Positions 37,001 through 46,395 of a stretch of 64,000 nt of DNA are shown here, piece by piece. Location of the stretch: contig JBJKRJ010000001.1 of assembly GCA_046704665.1 (NCBI GenBank), forward strand, positions 57,255 to 121,254. The letters are read 5' to 3'. Both the position numbers and the translations under genes were made by a program. Each line of letters opens with the position of its first letter. The stretch's first letter is position 1. Under the pieces are notes generated by a model, which had not been told where the DNA came from, ran no database searches, and worked only from the letters and a program-made list of their open reading frames with translations. This DNA comes from Thermoplasmata archaeon (GTDB taxonomy: Archaea > Thermoplasmatota > Thermoplasmata > Lutacidiplasmatales > UBA184).

Positions 37001-37338
37001 TCCGTCCCCGTGCGACGGAGCGCTCCGGAGTCGGCGAGGCGCACCCCGCAGTTGAGCGCGGTCTGTCCGCCAAAGGAGAGGAGGATCCCGTCCGGCCGCT
37101 CCGCCTCTAGGATCGGAGCGACGAACTCGGGCACGATCGGCTGGAAGTAGACGCGCCCGAGCTTCGGAGGATCGGTCTGCAGGGTCGCGATGTTCGGATT
37201 GACGACCACCGCGTAGACGCCCTCCTCCTCGAGGGCCTTCAGGCACTGGCTCCCGGAGTAGTCGAACTCGCCGGCCTCCCCGATCTTGAGGGCGCCGCTC
37301 CCGAGGAGGAGCACCTTCTTCGGCATCGGTCGGCTCAT
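34006..37338 (-). CDS. carB: Carbamoyl-phosphate synthase large subunit
   Basis: 'MSRPMPKKVLLLGSGALKIGEAGEFDYSGSQ'. Two ATP-grasp halves and the MGS-like C-terminus. The ATGA start overlaps the carA stop. ORF call 34006..38136 is an upstream read-through. Confidence 0.95.
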   Translation of the reverse strand: MSRPMPKKVLLLGSGALKIGEAGEFDYSGSQCLKALEEEGVYAVVVNPNIATLQTDPPKLGRVYFQPIVPEFVAPILEAERPDGILLSFGGQTALNCGVRLADSGALRRTGTEVLGTPLRGIRGTEDRAKFVRAMARARVPTLPSRAVYSYEEALAAAKELGFPVMVRVAFTLGGRGGGIARTAEELKDVVARGLRASPVGQVLLERYVGEFKQLEYEVVRDAKGNALTVCNMENVLGMRVHTGDNIVVAPSQTLTDFEYQMLRQAALRAVEEVGVVGECNIQFCLDPTSEEYYAIEINARLSRSSALASKATGYPLAYIAAKLALGYTLPELKNRITGVTSAAFEPALDYVVVKLPRWDLDKFSRADRRLGPSMKSVGEVMGVGASFPEAVAKAVRMGDPRSDLVPPAEVRAPEEILTDLGTPTPGILFHVLEALRAGIDPESVSRLSYIDRWFVDALGEIESVDRALTAASAGEIPDTLLRSAKEAGLSDRAIGRAARRDEEEVRRRRLAAGIRPRVRMIDTLAGEWPARTNYLYLTYRADADDVAPMPRGSALVIGAGPYRIGSSVEFDWSTMNLVDGLKAEGISGVALLNSNPETVSTDYDRSDRLYFEEITLERVRDIFDFEGFSGIVTCVGSQLAQNLTPLLHMCGIPILGTSSESIDTAEDRARFAGLLERLKIPQPAWRAFRTVEEASTFADEVGYPVLVRPSYVLSGQAMRVISGRNDLGRFLSEAARVSPEHPVVITKFIEGADEIELDAISDGERVLVAGILEHVERAGVHSGDAIFCLPPRHTPPEVQADLLDAAGRLARTLAIRGPFNVQFLVKDRAYQIIELNLRASRSLPFLTKATGLPLLREAARAMLGRPISRDGVAPLPPDRWGVKVPQFSFLQLSGSDPLLGVEMQSTGEVACFGPTFSDALVKALVATGVRLIPRRGFAFLSVGGVELKEQLLPIARRLRSLGLGVAATEDTGAFLAAQGVRPVRVLHKVSEPDRHPNVLEALDRGEIDLLLNVPLSLTQEKFERMLEDEYVLRRRAVELGIPLFTSLESFAAYVEGVGWLEEHPLTVDALYGTPEGLPVSEPARPPVGIPVVYRGHSGRARRTNGARAR

Positions 37339-38489
37339 GAACGGCGGCGCACCCCTCCCACGAATCGGTCGAACACGAACCCGGCCTCCTGCGGACCGGG
37401 ATGGCCCTCCGGGTGACCCTGAAGGGCCAGCACCCGTCCTCTCGCATCGCGGAACCCCTCGAGCGTCCCGTCGTCCGGGTTGGTCGCCCAGGGCGTGAGG
37501 CCCGAGCCGTCGAGCGATCCCGCCTCGACCGCGTAGCCGTGGTTCTCGCTCATGATGAGGGCCCGGCCGTCGGGGAAGCAGATCGTCTTGTTCTGTCCGC
37601 GGTGGCCGTACTTGAGCTTGAACGTCGTGGCGCCGCGCGAGAGCGCGAGCAGCTGGTGGCCGAGGCAGATCCCGAGCGTGGGCAGCTCCCGCGTCGACGG
37701 TCGGCGCAGCTCTTCGACCGTCGCGGCGAGCTGTTCGGGATCGCCGGGACCGTTCCCGATCAGGAGGCCCCGCACGCGGCGGCCCTCCCACCGCGCGGGG
37801 ACCTCGTGGTCGTGCGGGAGCCGAAGGACGGCGACCCGCCGGGCCAGGAGCGCCCGAAGGATGCTCGCCTTCACGCCGCAGTCGAGCACGGCGACGAGCG
37901 GGTCCGAGGCCCGTCCGATCACGCTCGGGCGCGCGGGGGAGACCGCCGCCATGTAATCCTCCTCCGAGTACGCCGGCGCTCGGGCGATCGTGCGCGCGAG
38001 CTCCTCGTCGCTCGCCACGGAGTCGCCGGGCCGGACGTCGATCACCCCGCGCACGACCCCCCGGGTCCGAAGGTGCTGCGTGAGCCGTCGTGTGTCGATG
38101 CCCCGCAGTCCCGGGACGCCTTCGTCGGCGAGCCATCGTTCCAGGGAGCGGGAGCTCGCCCAGTGGTTCGGCCGGGTCGTACCCCGGACGACGACCCCCC
38201 GTACCTGGACCTCACCGCTCTCGAGCTGGGGGAGGCCCACCGCGTCGCGTGCCTCGGGTGGTGGCACGCCGTAGTTCCCGAGGAGCGGGTAGGTGAAGGT
38301 GAGGATCTGGCCGCGATACGACGGGTCGGTGAGCGACTCCGGGTAGCCGACCATGCCCGTCGTGAAGACGACCTCGCCGACGCGCTGGCCGCTCGCCCCG
38401 AACCCGGTGCCATCGAACCGGGTCCCGTCCTCGAGAAATAGAGTCCCCCGTAGCGCCGCGTCGTCGGGCCGTGCCGGCTCGGGCGTCAA
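37335..38489 (-). CDS. carA: Carbamoyl-phosphate synthase small subunit (glutamine amidotransferase)
   Basis: 'GEVVFTTGMVGYPESLTDPSYRGQIL', GATase 'LGICLGHQLL', and catalytic His near 'ALQGHPE'. Confidence 0.9.
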   Translation of the reverse strand: MTPEPARPDDAALRGTLFLEDGTRFDGTGFGASGQRVGEVVFTTGMVGYPESLTDPSYRGQILTFTYPLLGNYGVPPPEARDAVGLPQLESGEVQVRGVVVRGTTRPNHWASSRSLERWLADEGVPGLRGIDTRRLTQHLRTRGVVRGVIDVRPGDSVASDEELARTIARAPAYSEEDYMAAVSPARPSVIGRASDPLVAVLDCGVKASILRALLARRVAVLRLPHDHEVPARWEGRRVRGLLIGNGPGDPEQLAATVEELRRPSTRELPTLGICLGHQLLALSRGATTFKLKYGHRGQNKTICFPDGRALIMSENHGYAVEAGSLDGSGLTPWATNPDDGTLEGFRDARGRVLALQGHPEGHPGPQEAGFVFDRFVGGVRRRS

Positions 38490-38617
38490 GAACCCGGCCG
38501 GAACGAGGAAAGGTGCGAGCCTTAACTTTTACCGTTCGGTCCCGCGGCCACCCCCGCTCGGCGGGGCGAGCGCATGAGCGGCGAGGCGTCAAATGCCCTT
38601 CTCCGCTGCTCGCACCG

Positions 38618-39613
38618 ATGCCCGGACCACCGCGCGTGAAGGAGTCCTACGACTTCGTCATCGTCGGGGCCGGACACGCCGGTCTCCACGCCGCGGTCAA
38701 GGCCGCGCTCCTCGGTCACACGGCGGTCCTCCTAGGTCGCGGGCCGAAGTATTCCCGGTCGTACTACGCCCCGCGGATGGACAACATTCCGGGGTTCCCC
38801 GACGGCGTCACGGGCCACGAGCTTCTCGACCGGCAGATCGCGGCGGTCCGCCGGTTCGCCTCCTCGGTCGACTACTTCTCCCCCGCCCGCGTGGTGGCGG
38901 TCGACCGCAGCGCTTCCGGCTTCTCGGCGACGTTCGACTGGCTCAAGCAGACCCACGTCGTGCGGGGGAAAGTGCTCGTCCTCGCGATGGGGGTGGTCGA
39001 CCGGATCCCCGAGGTCGAGGGGAAGATCGACCCGATCTTCCCGTGGGCGAACCTCGGGATCGTCGATTTCTGTGTCCTGTGCGACGGGCACAAGCTCCCG
39101 CAGAAGTCGGTCGCCGTGATCGGGCACGGCGCCTTCGCGGCGCGCACCGCCCTCGACCTCCTCCACTTCGGTCCCCGCTCGGTCGAGATCCTGACCCACG
39201 GGCGTCCTCTCCTCGAGGACACCCCCGAGGAGGAGCAGCGGGCGCTCACCGCGGCGCTCGAGAAGCACCGGATCGGGATCGTCGAGTCGACCATCGTCGG
39301 TTTCGATGAGATCCGGGAGAAACGGCTCGGCGTGAAGTTCGCCGACGGGAGCCACCGGAGCTACGACAAGGGGTTCGGCGCGCTCGGATGGTACGACATG
39401 CACTACTCGATCCCGAAATCCCTCGGCTGTCGGTTCGACCCGGACGGGTACGTGGTGACGGACGACGACTCCCGCGCGATCTCGGCCGAGTCCAAGGAGC
39501 CGATCCCGGGCCTCTACTGCGTGGGCGACCTGCGCAACGGTTGGAACCAGATCCCCGAGGCGTGGGCGAGCGCCGAACGCGCGGTCATCCACGCGTACGC
39601 CGAGTACCTGTAG
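38618..39613 (+). CDS. FAD-dependent pyridine nucleotide-disulfide oxidoreductase (thioredoxin-reductase-like)
   Basis: 'YDFVIVGAGHAGLHAA' FAD-binding GxGxxG, a second Rossmann 'VAVIGHGAFA', and 'CDGH'. Start taken at ATG 38618. Confidence 0.8.
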   Translation: MPGPPRVKESYDFVIVGAGHAGLHAAVKAALLGHTAVLLGRGPKYSRSYYAPRMDNIPGFPDGVTGHELLDRQIAAVRRFASSVDYFSPARVVAVDRSASGFSATFDWLKQTHVVRGKVLVLAMGVVDRIPEVEGKIDPIFPWANLGIVDFCVLCDGHKLPQKSVAVIGHGAFAARTALDLLHFGPRSVEILTHGRPLLEDTPEEEQRALTAALEKHRIGIVESTIVGFDEIREKRLGVKFADGSHRSYDKGFGALGWYDMHYSIPKSLGCRFDPDGYVVTDDDSRAISAESKEPIPGLYCVGDLRNGWNQIPEAWASAERAVIHAYAEYL

Positions 39614-39638
39614 AGCTCGTCCCCGGCCGACGAGCGGT

Positions 39639-40379
39639 TCACGCGAACCGCGGCGCCGCGACGTCCAGCTGCCGACCGAGCTCGGGGAGGTCGTGGGCGA
39701 TCGCCGAGGCGCCGGCGGCCAGGAACCGGTCCTCGGTCATCGCGGTGGCGGTCGGTTCGGAGGGGTCCGGCAGGATCGCGTAGAATCGTACCCGGGCCCG
39801 GGTGGCCGTTTCCGCATCGATCAGGTGGTCCCCGACGAACAGGGCCCGGTCGATCGGGACGCCCATGTCGTGGAGCAGCAGGAGCAGGGCGTCGGGGGAG
39901 GGTTTCGCCGGACCCGGGGTGCTCCGGCTGCGAAGATAGGAGAAGTACGGCTCGAGACCGGTCTGGCGCAGCGCCTCGCGCGCGAACCTCTCCGAACTGC
40001 GGGTCAGGAGGCCGAGTCGGAACCCGCGGGAGCTCAGCGCCCTGAGCAGCTCGGCCGCGCCGGCCCGTGCCGTGGTCCGGGGGAGTGCCTCGAGCTCGAT
40101 CGCATCGATCCGCTGGGGATACTCTGCCTCGAACCGATAGGTCGCCCCGTCCGGGGCGTTGCTCGTCCGGAGCTCCTCCCGCGCCGCCTCCACGATGCGG
40201 TGGATCGGGTCCTGGACCGAGAGGTGACCCGGTGCGACCCCGAAATGCTCGGCGAGCCGGATGACCTCGGCGCGCATCCGTCCGAAATCGTGGTGGGAGA
40301 GAACGAGCGTTCCGTCGAGGTCGAAAACGACCCCGAGGAGCGGCTCCAGGAAGTGCGGCTGACCGTCGCGGGCGGGCAT
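39639..40379 (-). CDS. HAD-superfamily hydrolase
   Basis: Motif I 'VVFDLDGTL', motif III/IV 'FVGDHLIDAE'. The ATG was located by hand. Confidence 0.8.
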   Translation of the reverse strand: MPARDGQPHFLEPLLGVVFDLDGTLVLSHHDFGRMRAEVIRLAEHFGVAPGHLSVQDPIHRIVEAAREELRTSNAPDGATYRFEAEYPQRIDAIELEALPRTTARAGAAELLRALSSRGFRLGLLTRSSERFAREALRQTGLEPYFSYLRSRSTPGPAKPSPDALLLLLHDMGVPIDRALFVGDHLIDAETATRARVRFYAILPDPSEPTATAMTEDRFLAAGASAIAHDLPELGRQLDVAAPRFA

Positions 40380-40516
40380 GTCTGCGGTCGACCCGGCCGA
40401 ACGACGCCGCGGGGTCCCCGTTAAGTGTTTGCCTCCAGGGGAACCCACCCCTCCTCTCTCCGCGCCGGAGGGGGAGGATGCGACACCGGCCCTCCCGGCC
40501 GGGCGTCTCCGGTAGG

Positions 40517-40828
40517 CTAGCGCACCGGCGCGTGATGATAGGCGAGCCCGTACCATGTCGATCGCCCCCGGTCGAACGTCGTGCCGCACTGGTAGCAGAA
40601 GAAGATCCGGTGCGGGGGAGCCTTCGGTTCCTTCTCCATCACCCCGCCGCAGACCGGGCAGACCAGTTTTCCCTCGATCTCGGGGAGGCCGTGCCAGGAG
40701 TCCCGGGTCCGGTCGTAGACCACCCCGTCGAGCGGGCAGACGAACATCGGGTACGGTACGTTCGGCGCGGTCGGTCCCGCCATCGCGCGGCCGCAGACCG
40801 GGCAGAACATCGCGCGCCCGAGACCCAC
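40517..40828 (-). CDS. Internally duplicated zinc-ribbon protein (103 aa)
   Basis: Two copies of the unit [CPxCG...F(V/F)C...G...DR(T/G)R(D/S)(S/T)W(H/Y)GL]: 'FCPVCGRAM...FVCPLDGVVYDRTRDSWHGL' and 'LVCPVCGGVM...FFCYQCGTTFDRGRSTWYGL'. Confidence 0.5.
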   Translation of the reverse strand: MGLGRAMFCPVCGRAMAGPTAPNVPYPMFVCPLDGVVYDRTRDSWHGLPEIEGKLVCPVCGGVMEKEPKAPPHRIFFCYQCGTTFDRGRSTWYGLAYHHAPVR

Positions 40829-40850
40829 GGCCCCCGATGAACGTGCCGGT

Positions 40851-42359
40851 TCACGGAGCGGAACGGGGCCGTTCGAGCGTCACGACGGACTCCCGCAGCT
40901 CGAAACTGCGTCGCTGACCACTGCGCCGGGTCCGGGCCGTCTCCACCGAGACGATGGAAAACCCGAGCGAGGCTCCGATGCGGGCGAAGAGAAGGTCGCC
41001 CGGAACGTAGGTGCCGGCGAGCAGGGAGTCGCCGACCACCACGACGAAGCGGCCGCCGGGCACGAGGGCGCGGCGGACCCCGACGAGCACGGGTACGAGG
41101 TCCGCGAAGTATCGGTGCACGACGGCATGCATGTCGTCCCGGCGGTACGTTCCCTTGCGGAGGACGTTCTCTCGGATCTGGGAAAGGATCTCCCGGAGCC
41201 AGGGGTCGGGTGGCTCGGAGGGAACGAGGAAGCGCGCCGTCTCGCTCCGCGGGAGATTGTCGCACGCGACCTCGGCCCGGCGCAACGCGGCGAGATCGGA
41301 GTACGATCGTGCGTACCCGAGCCACGCGAGATCGACCTTGTAGTTCATCACGTAGTCCATCCCGTTGACGTACGGAGGGCTCGTCACGGCGAGATCGACC
41401 GACCCCTCCGCCCATCCCGCGGTCCGTGCATCCTCGCGCGTGACGACCGCGGGAGGTCCGAGCCGGCTCCGATCGGGGGCGAACCTCCTCAGGTCCTCCG
41501 CCATGTCCTCGACGGCCGCCCGGAAGCGCTCGAACGGGGTGGGGCCGCCTTCGTGGGACCGGCGGGCATATCCGAGACAGGGCGAACGATGGAGCCGGCT
41601 CGAAGGGATCAGCGCGCGTCCGAAGGCGAGCCTGAGGGCGTTCGCGATCGGAGCCCCCTCGCGCGGGAGCGAGTCCCGCAGACGGGTGAGGTCGTGCAGC
41701 GCCTCGCCGGAGAACTGCCGTTCGGTTTCCCGAAGGAACGGGAGGGCCCCCGGCCGTCGTCCCTCCGCCCGACGCAGGACCCGGTCCGCGGCTCGCTCGA
41801 GGCGATCCGGGCCGAGTTCGAGGTGGGTCTTGACCCGCGCGGCGAGGACCGCCGGGGCGAGGAGCTCCGTGCCCCAGGCGGTGGCCCCGTCCCGCCGCGC
41901 CTCGACGAGCGTGGTACCGCTACCGGCGAACGGGTCGAGAACGGTTCTCCCGGGGCCGATCTGCTCCTTCGCGAGGATCTGCGCGACGAACTCGGCGGAG
42001 AAGCCCTGTACGTATGGCCACCACCGGTGGACGGGGAGGGTCTCGTTGGAACGGAACGTGATCGGGCCATGGTACCGCCCGAGCCCGATCCCGTTCTCGC
42101 GCTCGAAACGCTCGACGAAGTCGCGCGGTTCGACGAAGTCCTCGCGTTCGTGGAGCCGCTCGTAGTCCCGGAGGACCCAGAGGCCCCGGCCCATGCGAAG
42201 CACGACGCCCCCCTCCCGGAGCCGGTCGAGCGCGGCCGCGACGCGGTCCGGGTCGTCGTCGAGGCGGCGGGCCAGCTGGCGCACCGTGGCCCCGATCGCC
42301 CCGGTCTCCGTCAGGGCGGCGCGTAGGGCCCCCGCGACCTCGCCGGACGGCCCTGCCAC
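40851..42359 (-). CDS. Amino-methyltransferase (N6-A/N4-C type; motif I 'VLDPFAGSGTT', motif IV 'SPPY') with N-terminal winged-helix domain
   Basis: wHTH in the first ~80 aa. 'HRWWPYVQGFSAEFVAQIL...VLDPFAGSGTTLVEA', then about 130 aa, then 'LAVTSPPYVNGMDY' and 'LVPGGRFVVVVGD'. The alpha-class motif order is inferred by eye. Confidence 0.7.
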   Translation of the reverse strand: MAGPSGEVAGALRAALTETGAIGATVRQLARRLDDDPDRVAAALDRLREGGVVLRMGRGLWVLRDYERLHEREDFVEPRDFVERFERENGIGLGRYHGPITFRSNETLPVHRWWPYVQGFSAEFVAQILAKEQIGPGRTVLDPFAGSGTTLVEARRDGATAWGTELLAPAVLAARVKTHLELGPDRLERAADRVLRRAEGRRPGALPFLRETERQFSGEALHDLTRLRDSLPREGAPIANALRLAFGRALIPSSRLHRSPCLGYARRSHEGGPTPFERFRAAVEDMAEDLRRFAPDRSRLGPPAVVTREDARTAGWAEGSVDLAVTSPPYVNGMDYVMNYKVDLAWLGYARSYSDLAALRRAEVACDNLPRSETARFLVPSEPPDPWLREILSQIRENVLRKGTYRRDDMHAVVHRYFADLVPVLVGVRRALVPGGRFVVVVGDSLLAGTYVPGDLLFARIGASLGFSIVSVETARTRRSGQRRSFELRESVVTLERPRSAP

Positions 42360-42407
42360 GGCACCGCCACCGGGCCCGGGATTAAAGAGCTCGCCGAGGG
42401 AGCGCGG

Positions 42408-43283
42408 CTACCGGTCGGCCGCGGGAGTCCGGCGCTCCGCACGCGGCGGCCGGATCGAGTCGAGGGCGGTCACCATGGTCCGTCGCTGTCGTCGGCGCTC
42501 CTTGCGGAGGGTCCGCGCCCACCGCGTCTCGCGGAACGTGGGATCGAGCCGATCCAGGAGGACGTCCAGATCGTGCAGCCTTCCGAGGCCCTGCTGAAGG
42601 CTCCGCAGGGAACCGGCCACCGGCTCGGCCGTGGTCGGGTCGACCGCGCCGGCGAGATCGGTGATCTGCCGCAACCGGCGGACGCGGATCCGCAGCCGGT
42701 GCAGGCGGTTCATCGAGGGACGCTTGCGTGCCTTCCGGTGCGCGAGCGCGAGTCTTTCGCCCCCCCTCGACCGGTGCTCGGAGATCAGGCGGGGAACCAT
42801 CCGCGGCGCGCCGGCGCGGACCGGGGCCGCGAGAAAGCGGCCCACCTCCTCGAAGAGCTGTCCATCGCTCTCCGAACGAAGGAGCGCTCTCAGTAGCTCG
42901 CGTCCCGTCCGTGCATCGTCCCGGAGCCGCCCCCGATATCTCTCGAGGCGCTCCCGGTCCCGGCGCCGCCGGGCGGAGGTTTCGACGTTCCCCAGAAGGT
43001 CGACCGCGACGTCGCGGTCGCGGACCTCTCCCACCAACTGGGCGAGCCGTCGTAGCCGTCGATCGAGTGTCGCGAGAAAAGGGCGCTGCGAGGACGGGAC
43101 AAGCTTCCCCCAGACGACGAGACCCGTGCGCAACCGCCGGAGGTCGCGGTGAAGGCGGTGGAGGCTGCCGGGGGTCGGGAGGGGGTGACGGACCACCTCT
43201 TCGGCGCCGTGGGCCACCGCCCGGACCAGGCGTTCGAGCTCCTCGCGGAGCCGCTCCAATCGTCCGGTCTCCGCGTCGGGCAT
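42408..43283 (-). CDS. CHAD domain protein
   Basis: Arg/His-rich helical protein with 'HRLRIRVRRLRQ' and 'LHRLHRDLRRLR' CHAD-type motifs. Divergent from the PPX gene. Confidence 0.7.
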   Translation of the reverse strand: MPDAETGRLERLREELERLVRAVAHGAEEVVRHPLPTPGSLHRLHRDLRRLRTGLVVWGKLVPSSQRPFLATLDRRLRRLAQLVGEVRDRDVAVDLLGNVETSARRRRDRERLERYRGRLRDDARTGRELLRALLRSESDGQLFEEVGRFLAAPVRAGAPRMVPRLISEHRSRGGERLALAHRKARKRPSMNRLHRLRIRVRRLRQITDLAGAVDPTTAEPVAGSLRSLQQGLGRLHDLDVLLDRLDPTFRETRWARTLRKERRRQRRTMVTALDSIRPPRAERRTPAADR

Positions 43284-43333
43284 CGGTGGGAGCGTCCCCT
43301 CGCGAGCCCCAGCCCCCTGCCGCTAGTTGAACG

Positions 43334-44959
43334 GTGCGGTCCGGCGGGAGCGATGGGACCCAACCGAGAGCGTTTAGAGACGCGGTCACTTCGCCGGGCG
43401 TGGAGCGGGCGCATCCGTCCCACCGGTCCACCGAGCACGATCGTTCGGCGCCGAACGGGGTCTCCACGCTCGCGGTGATCGACCTCGGTTCGAACACCGC
43501 ACGGTTCGTGGTCTTCGAGGCGGGGATCGAGTCGATCCGGGCGATCTACGAGATGAAGGACGCCCCCCGTCTCGGTTCCCGCCCGGGACCCCGCGGAGAG
43601 CTCTCGCCGGGGGCGGTCGAGCGCGGCCTCGCGACCGTGCGGCGGTTCTCGCGACTCCTCGAGCTCCTCGAGGTCCCGAAGGCCCTGTCGGTGGCGACGA
43701 GCGCGGTCCGCGACGCGCCGAACGGTCCCGAGTTCGTCCACGAGGTCGAACGGACTTCGGGAGTGAAACTGAGGGTCCTCTCGGGGACCGAGGAGGCGCG
43801 GTACGGCTACCTCGGGGCGGCGAGCGCCTGGGCGCTGAAGGACGACCTCGTCCTCGATCTGGGCGGGGGGTCGCTCCAGCTCGCCGAGGTCCGGGGAGGG
43901 GAGCTGAGAAATTCGGTCAGCCTGCCCCTCGGAGTCCTCCGCCTCACGCAGCGATACTTCGAGCATGACCCTCCGAAACGACGGGAGTGGGAGGAGCTCC
44001 GTGACAGCGTCCGGGGGACCGTCACCTCGGCCGTCGAGGCGTTCGGGGGGGCCGGCTACCGGCTCATCGGGATCGGCGGGACCGTACGCTCGCTCGCCCG
44101 CGCGGCGATCGAGCTGCGCGAGTACCCGATCCGCCGTGTGCACGGCTATCCGCTCTACGATCACGATCTCGAGGCGCTCGGCGAGCTCCTGGGCGAGATG
44201 CCTGCGGCGAAGCGGCGGGCGATCCCGGGCATCGGCGGGGACCGTGCGGACGTGGTGCTCGCCGGGATCGTCGTGCTCGAGGAGATCCTGCGGGCGAGCG
44301 GGGCCGAGCGCGTGCTCGTCTGTGGGACCGGCATCCGCGAAGGGATCGCCCTCGAAGCGGTCGGAGCGCATCTCCCGGCGAGCGCCGAGACGCTCGCCGA
44401 GCGCTCCGTGGAGTCGGCCGCGCGTTCGTTCGCCTTCCGGCTCGATCACGGCCGGGAGGTCGCCGAGGCGGCCCTCGCGCTCTTCCATGTCCTGGCCGCG
44501 AAGTTCGGCGCCGGCGAGAGCGAAGGTCTCGCGCTCCGGGTCGCCGCGTGGATGCACGACGCCGGGACGGCGGTCGATCTCTGGAACCACGCCCGTCACT
44601 CGGCCTACCTCATCCAGAACTGCCCGATCTGGGGACTCGACCAGCGGGAAGTGCTCCTCGCGGCGATGACGACGTACCTCCACGAGGGGGACGCACCCCC
44701 CTCCGAGTGGAAGCGGGCGTTCCTACCGATCATCCGCTCGCCGGATCTCGAGATCGCCGTCCGGCTCGGGGCGATCCTGGAGGTCGCCGAGCTCCTCGCC
44801 CCGGCCCACCCCCGCTTCGCGGTCTCCGCCGGCGGGAAGACCCTCTCGGTGAGCTTTTCTGCTCCTGCCGATACCACGCTCCCCCCCCGATGGGCGGAGA
44901 AGATCCGTAAACCGATGGAACGGACGTTCGGGCTCGAGGTCAGGCCGCACGATGGCTGA
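43334..44959 (+). CDS. ppx: Exopolyphosphatase / guanosine pentaphosphate phosphohydrolase (Ppx/GppA) with C-terminal HD domain
   Basis: 'VIDLGSNTARFVVFEAG' and 'LDLGGGSLQLAEV' actin-fold motifs. HD region 'WMHDAG'. The true start is possibly a GTG near 43430. Confidence 0.85.
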   Translation: MRSGGSDGTQPRAFRDAVTSPGVERAHPSHRSTEHDRSAPNGVSTLAVIDLGSNTARFVVFEAGIESIRAIYEMKDAPRLGSRPGPRGELSPGAVERGLATVRRFSRLLELLEVPKALSVATSAVRDAPNGPEFVHEVERTSGVKLRVLSGTEEARYGYLGAASAWALKDDLVLDLGGGSLQLAEVRGGELRNSVSLPLGVLRLTQRYFEHDPPKRREWEELRDSVRGTVTSAVEAFGGAGYRLIGIGGTVRSLARAAIELREYPIRRVHGYPLYDHDLEALGELLGEMPAAKRRAIPGIGGDRADVVLAGIVVLEEILRASGAERVLVCGTGIREGIALEAVGAHLPASAETLAERSVESAARSFAFRLDHGREVAEAALALFHVLAAKFGAGESEGLALRVAAWMHDAGTAVDLWNHARHSAYLIQNCPIWGLDQREVLLAAMTTYLHEGDAPPSEWKRAFLPIIRSPDLEIAVRLGAILEVAELLAPAHPRFAVSAGGKTLSVSFSAPADTTLPPRWAEKIRKPMERTFGLEVRPHDG

Positions 44960-45650
44960 GAACCTCTCCTCCACTCACGGGTACCCCGGGCGTCTCATCG
45001 TGTTCGAGGGCCTCGACGGAAGCGGTAAATCGACCCAGGCCGCGCTTCTCGGAAAGTGGCTGATCGCGCGGGGCCACCGGGTCTTCTTCACCGAGTGGAA
45101 CTCCTCGCAGCTGGTCTCGAGCACGATCCGTCGCGGGAAGAAGAAGGGCCTGCTCACCCCGACAACCTTCTCCCTCCTGCACGCGACCGACTTCGCCGAT
45201 CGCTTCGAGCGTCAGATCCTCCCCCCGCTCCGGGCCGGATATCTGGTCGTCTGCGATCGCTACTCCTACACGGCCTTCGCCCGGGATGCGGCGCGGGGAT
45301 GCGACCCGGACTGGGTACGCACGATCTACTCGTTCGCCCCGCGCCCGGACCGGGTCTTCTACTTCCGCGTCCCGGTCGAGGTGACATTGAAGCGGAAGCT
45401 CGCCTCCCGCCTCAAGATCAACTACTACGAGGCCGGTATGGACCTCGGGCTCTCCGACGACCTCGAGGAAAGCTACCAGAAGTTCCAGTCGCGCCTCAAG
45501 CAGGAGTACGAGCGCCTGGCGGAGATCGACCGGTTCACCGTCATCGACTCGACGCGGCCGGTCGAGGCGATCCAGGCGGAGGTCCGGGGTCACCTGATGC
45601 CGACCGTCGAGAACTTCCCCACGGGGGCGAGCCGTCTCCATGACGGCTAG
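44952..45650 (+). CDS. tmk: Thymidylate kinase-like protein 1
   Basis: P-loop 'IVFEGLDGSGKSTQ', 'DRYSYT' and a LID region. 232 aa. Confidence 0.8.
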   Translation: MAENLSSTHGYPGRLIVFEGLDGSGKSTQAALLGKWLIARGHRVFFTEWNSSQLVSSTIRRGKKKGLLTPTTFSLLHATDFADRFERQILPPLRAGYLVVCDRYSYTAFARDAARGCDPDWVRTIYSFAPRPDRVFYFRVPVEVTLKRKLASRLKINYYEAGMDLGLSDDLEESYQKFQSRLKQEYERLAEIDRFTVIDSTRPVEAIQAEVRGHLMPTVENFPTGASRLHDG

Positions 45651-46395
45651 GACGTACGGGACCCGGCTTCCCGGGATGCCCACCGAACCGCTCGCGGGCA
45701 AGTTCATCGTCATCGAGGGCGCGGACGGCTCGGGGCGCACGACCGAGGTCGCCCTCCTCAAGGCGTATCTCGAGGTCGAAGGGCACGCGGTCGTCGACAC
45801 CGGCCTACGGCGGTCGGACCTGGTCAGCGCCGAGATCGACCGGGCGAAGCAGGGCCACACGCTGGGCGCGACCACGCTCGCGCTGCTCTACGCGGTCGAC
45901 TTTGCCGACCAGCTCGAGAACAAGATCGTTCCCGCCCTCGCGGCGGGCTCGACGGTGCTCGCCGACCGGTACATCTACACGCTGATGGCCCGCGCGACGG
46001 TGCGGGGGGCGTCGCGGGACTGGGCCCGCGAGCTCTACGGGTTCGCCCTGCGTCCGGACCTCGTGATCTTCCTCAACGCCCGTCCCGAGATGCTCCTCCA
46101 CCGCGCGATCGCGAAGTACGGGAGCCTCGACTACTGGGAGAGCGGCATGGACCTCTCCCTCTCCCGCGACCTGTTCGAGAGCTTCTTCCTCTACCAGGAC
46201 CGGCTCTCCCGCGAGTTCGAGTGGATGACCGGGGAGTACGGGTTCGTGTCCGTCGATGCGAACCGGGGCCCGGAGCAGGTGCACGCGGACGTCCTGCGCC
46301 GGGTCACGCCGCTCTACCGATCGCCGCCGTCGCGGACGCGGCCGAAGCGCCGGTCCCCGATCAACCCCGCACGGCGGAGAGCTGCTTCCGCGTAA
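45640..46395 (+). CDS. Thymidylate kinase-like protein 2 (tandem paralog)
   Basis: P-loop 'IVIEGADGSGRTTE' and 'DRYIYT'. Overlaps tmk1 by 11 nt. The C-terminal ~25 aa are low-complexity and convergently overlap sixA. Confidence 0.75.
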   Translation: MTARTYGTRLPGMPTEPLAGKFIVIEGADGSGRTTEVALLKAYLEVEGHAVVDTGLRRSDLVSAEIDRAKQGHTLGATTLALLYAVDFADQLENKIVPALAAGSTVLADRYIYTLMARATVRGASRDWARELYGFALRPDLVIFLNARPEMLLHRAIAKYGSLDYWESGMDLSLSRDLFESFFLYQDRLSREFEWMTGEYGFVSVDANRGPEQVHADVLRRVTPLYRSPPSRTRPKRRSPINPARRRAASA

